In this document: positions 27,015-64,000 of the stretch, in pieces
Layout of the letters: the number at the start of each line of letters is the position of its first letter
Position numbering within the stretch: the first letter of the stretch is position 1
Source of the DNA: Chrysomallon squamiferum
Taxonomy: Eukaryota; Animalia; Mollusca
DNA: 64,000 nucleotides
Assembly (NCBI GenBank): GCA_012295275.1
Contig: CM022673.1
Location: forward strand, 12,276,001 to 12,340,000
Direction of reading: 5' to 3'
Translations under genes and position numbers: made by a program
The notes under the pieces: model-generated
The model's database searches: none
Seen by the model: only the letters and a program-made list of their open reading frames with translations
What the model was told of the DNA's origin: nothing

Positions 27015-27523
27015 CAACAACAGAAACAACAATAATAGCAATTACGGATAATCAAATAAAATGAAATTCATTAGTTCATATAATTTTTAGTTTGTTTGAT
27101 ACAAATATTACTCACTTCATACGTTAACAAATATTCAATTTGTCATATATGTCAGACTACGCACAATATATCTCAGACACAGACGTGCACATAAATTTGC
27201 ACATACACATACGGATACATACACCACATTTAAACCATAAACAAGTCTAGCATGTTTTGAACTGTGCAACGAACAGAAGAAGTGATTACACTTAAGGTTC
27301 AGTAATTTAATAAAAATTGTTGCCCGTGTTCAATTAATCGACCTGTCATGTCACATAACGAGAACGCTTTGTTCGTCCAGATCTAGTGCATTTTTGCTTA
27401 AATACGTCAAAAGCATGAATCATTTAATTACCACTGCTATCGCTGCAACAGTCGCATGCGTGACATTCGCTTTTAATTACGTACTTGGTCATTTCGTAAT
27501 TATTCATTTTTAATTTCTGCCAG

Positions 27524-27530
27524 TATAAAG
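27524..27530 (+). promoter_or_regulatory. Candidate TATA box for the SUEL-CUB gene
   Basis: TATAAAG followed by GC-rich sequence ~630 nt upstream of ATG 28154. Confidence 0.35.
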
Positions 27531-27612
27531 ACGGGCCGGGCCATCTGTGGTCTGTTTTGTTTGCAAAATTGTGTCGCCGTATGATGTCTAACTGCACCAG
27601 AAACAGAAAGAG

Positions 27613-27643
<31 letters not shown>

Positions 27644-28153
27644 AACAGCGAAAATGTACGTCAATTATTTCCCTTGTTATTTTTTTCATTGGCTAATTTC
27701 AGGAAATCGGAGTCTCCACGTAAGGAATGCTGGAGATAGCGTAAAAATATAGCCGGTGTGAAATTTGGAATGTGTAACGCAATATCTCTCACATTACATT
27801 CATAGGACGACTTTTATTGTGGATCGCCTCTTTATATACTTCGAAGCGTGATACGGCCACCAGTCAACGGGATTACACACAATGAAAACTAAAAGCGACC
27901 AACGCTTCGCAGGGTATTTTTCCATTGCAGATGCTGGCTGCTTTCTGCGAAAGGAACAATGCTGTGTCGTCTGCTAGCAACAACGGCGACAAATAGTTCT
28001 TACCCGTTTGCGGGGAGCGGACGTGAAACAAAGCGGCAGGACTACTCGCTTATGTGACTGACGAATATTTCCAAACTTTGTGATTTCTTTAGGATGTAGA
28101 GTGAGCTGAATTTGACATGGTTTTTCGCACCGTTTAATAGGATTTATTCAGCC

Positions 28154-60867
<32,714 letters not shown>

Positions 60868-61257
60868 GTAAGTAATTTATATCTCATTACCTTATTTACT
60901 AAAAAAAAAAAAAAAAAATTTAGAAATTACATTATATACAAATTGCTGATTCATTAATATAGTTATCATGATTTATTATTACTGAACCAAGATTAATGTA
61001 CATGAATAGAAAACAAGAAGACAAATTATATATAAAAAAAAAAAGAAAGAGAAAAATACAGACAGACAGACAAACAGACAGACTGGGAGATGGATAGATG
61101 GGTGGGCTGTCTGTGACAGACACTTAGGTAATGGACGGACAGACAGACTGACAGAGAAATAGATAGATAATGGATGGACAAATAGATAGATAAGTGACAG
61201 ACAGATAAATAATGGACTGTAGACAGACAGACAGAGAGATAATTGATGGAGAGAGAC

Positions 61258-61339
<82 letters not shown>

Positions 61340-61709
61340 ATATAGAAGAGTATTCAGACTCTTAATAAATAAATATTAAAAACACGTCGACATTTTGCCT
61401 TCGTTTTTCTCTTTAATTTTCTTATTTTATTTTTTGCCCCGCTTAAAACACAATCAATACTGCCAGAGTAAGAAGCATGCGTTTTAAAATTGTTTTTTTT
61501 CCCCTCGATTTCTATCCAGTTTGACGCATTTTCCGCGAATTGTTCCTTCGGGCATTTAACACATTGTGAGTGGGTTAACCGTTAAATTAAAATGTCGTAC
61601 CTGCAAGGCATTCACGTGATTATAATATTACCAATACTGACTGAGAGACAGCCAATTCCTTCAGTGTGAACTAAAGCCATTTTGAATGGGCTTTTTTAGC
61701 AAACGTTAC

Positions 61710-61792
<83 letters not shown>

Positions 61793-62554
61793 ATCTAAAA
61801 AATAAAAGAAGAATAAAGTAAAATGAAATAGAACAAACTTGTCAAAAATATTACGTCAATATTTATGACGTCATAATAGTGTAGCATCAGTTGTTATGGC
61901 CGCGTAAGTTTATTTATTTATTCATTTATTTATTTACTGTTGTTGAAGATGATACTACAGTTGTCGCTGTTGTCGTTATTTTTATCATTTATGAGCTATG
62001 GTTAGTTGCGGTGTGATAGTTAACTTAAATGGATCACATAAAGATTAGAAAAGATCATGCAAGCTTTTGTCAATAACCCCAGGTTTTATACTACAGTCTT
62101 TTGAAATGATGATACGATTTGAGCTGTTTGTGAAATCTTTTAAAGCTATTCAACACGTTAATGTTATAAAACTGGGATAATTCTTAACACATTTTGTTTT
62201 TCTTGGTCATTTTCTTTCAAACGTTAAACTAATGCAATGTTCTATAATTAAAATATGTATCATTAAATGCAGTTTCTTACTCCATTTTGCATGATTTTGT
62301 AAAAATAAAGAGACAGTCTTAAGACATTAAACAGCTACTGTAACGAGCACAAGTGATGCATAAGCTAATAAGGCCTGCCATTAAGAAAATCATGTCATCG
62401 AGATATGGAGTATGGTTTGCGTGATTTTCGAATTCCTGGCAGAGCGGGTTGTTTGTAATCTGTGTAAGCAGCAATAATGGTAACCGCAAAAAATAAACAC
62501 CTGACCCTCGGAAGAAACAATGTCAAAAGTAAAATACTACTGCTGCTGCTGCTG

Positions 62555-62608
<54 letters not shown>

Positions 62609-63904
62609 AATAAAAACTAAACATCATATTTTGCCCAATACTACTACTACTACTACTAATAATAATAAAAAAACTGTTTTCTGATAAAGTCTGGTAGGTT
62701 TCAATTCTCGGGCTTGTACAGTTTTGAATCCTGTCACGTTTTTCCTTCGTTTTCCTCTTCGTCGTCTTTGTCGTTGTCGTCGCAATAATTTCAAGTGATT
62801 CTGGATACTATAATATCATCATCATCAAAATCATCTTCTTCGTTTTATCGACTTTCAAGCAATTATTTCAAATGATTATTCCATTTATTCTTGAGCTGGA
62901 CTTCAAAATCTGTTGTCAGTCATCATCTTCACCGTCGTTAACCTCATCATCATCATCGTATCATAATCACAGCCATTGCCATCATCAGAATCTTCATCGT
63001 CATTTTTCTTCTTGTTCCGGCTCTGTGGATGATGATGCTTTCAGATTCGGAGTCCAGCTGATTCGATTAAAAAAATGGCGATTCCCAGCACATGACGTGT
63101 ACTTTGTCGATATATTAATAACTAGAAATCAAGACTGGCCTGCTTTAAACGAGTGGCGTCGTTTATCAAGATCAACACAGTGGTCTCAATCGAGGCAGCT
63201 CCACAAACGACAGAAATCACGAAAGTGAATTACAACCGCTTGTAAAACCACGTTATTGATCCCCTCTGCCTGAATGGCCGTGTCGAAAGCTCGGACCCAC
63301 AGCGTAATTTTCTTTTACGATTTATTACAAACAAACGATTTCATTGGCCGATTTAACAAATAAAGCCGTTTCGGTTCTTTTTCGCAAGCCGTCTGAACAT
63401 AGTGGTTGAAATTATAGTGCATAGTACATATATATGTTACTTTTAAGTAGACAATTCTGTTGCGAATTATGAAATGATATTCCAAAATCGTTCTCAATAG
63501 AGGCACCTTTAAAAAAAGCTTTTAGTGGTCAAAGATTGAGTTATTGTAATTTGCGCATGTCTGTAGACTCGGGAAGATCCGGCTTCGGAGTGTCTTTTCA
63601 ACATTTGAGTAATTATTTTATTTGAGTTTCTTCCATAACGCCGATTGTGCATGCAGCTATGACAACACTCGCAATACAGAGGCTGTATTTGTTCCGGTGA
63701 CGTCATTACGTCGCGTGACAAGGCAATCAACACCGTGTCATGTTGATGTTACGCGCCTCGTCACCTGGCAGTAACCACCGCGCAGACAGGTCGCATGAGT
63801 CGCATGAATAAACATTAGCGATAATTGAGTTCATTTATATTCATACATCAAACACCACATGACTAGACAAGTGAAATATACAGCCCGGTGACAGAGTACA
63901 CTCC

Positions 63905-63975
63905 CGGGGTTCACGGGATCGATTCTGCTGAATGTATTTATAGTGGTGCTATTTCTCGTTATAACCAGTGACTCG
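63905..63975 (+). mobile_element. Degenerate SINE fragment, probably same family as 23080
   Basis: GGGATCGATTC B-box-like motif followed by GCTATTTCTCGTT..ACCAGTG. Confidence 0.5.
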
Positions 63976-64000
63976 TGTCTGTTATTATTTACGTTTGGCG

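Noticed and set aside
62700-63230. Acidic-looking minus-strand segment or missing transmembrane exon
   Set aside because: Degenerate (TCA)n repeats with stops in the candidate frames; no hydrophobic in-phase exon identified

Overview
AT-rich, microsatellite-laden eukaryotic (metazoan) genomic DNA; a SINE resembling one I recall from gastropods suggests a mollusc (inference). Almost all ORFs in the supplied track are microsatellite artefacts. Two spliced + strand protein genes were reconstructed by hand. (1) A complete 16-exon DNAAF3 (PF22/dynein axonemal assembly factor 3) CDS at 8602-18727, 486 aa, with consistent phases. (2) A 3'-incomplete gene at 28154->60867: signal peptide, two divergent SUEL/Gal-lectin-like domains, a CUB domain and a Ser/Thr stalk, all in phase-1 exons, with a ~20 kb first intron. 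Also present: TA-flanked Tc1/mariner-pogo MITEs, an internally deleted Tigger element, a decayed pogo-like transposase, tRNA-derived SINE fragments, a CACGTG-rich higher-order satellite and several local duplications. The leads most worth follow-up are the SUEL-SUEL-CUB protein, a candidate 5-exon minus-strand transcript divergent from the DNAAF3 promoter, and a recurring double-CRE motif. None is demonstrated to be a new biological system.
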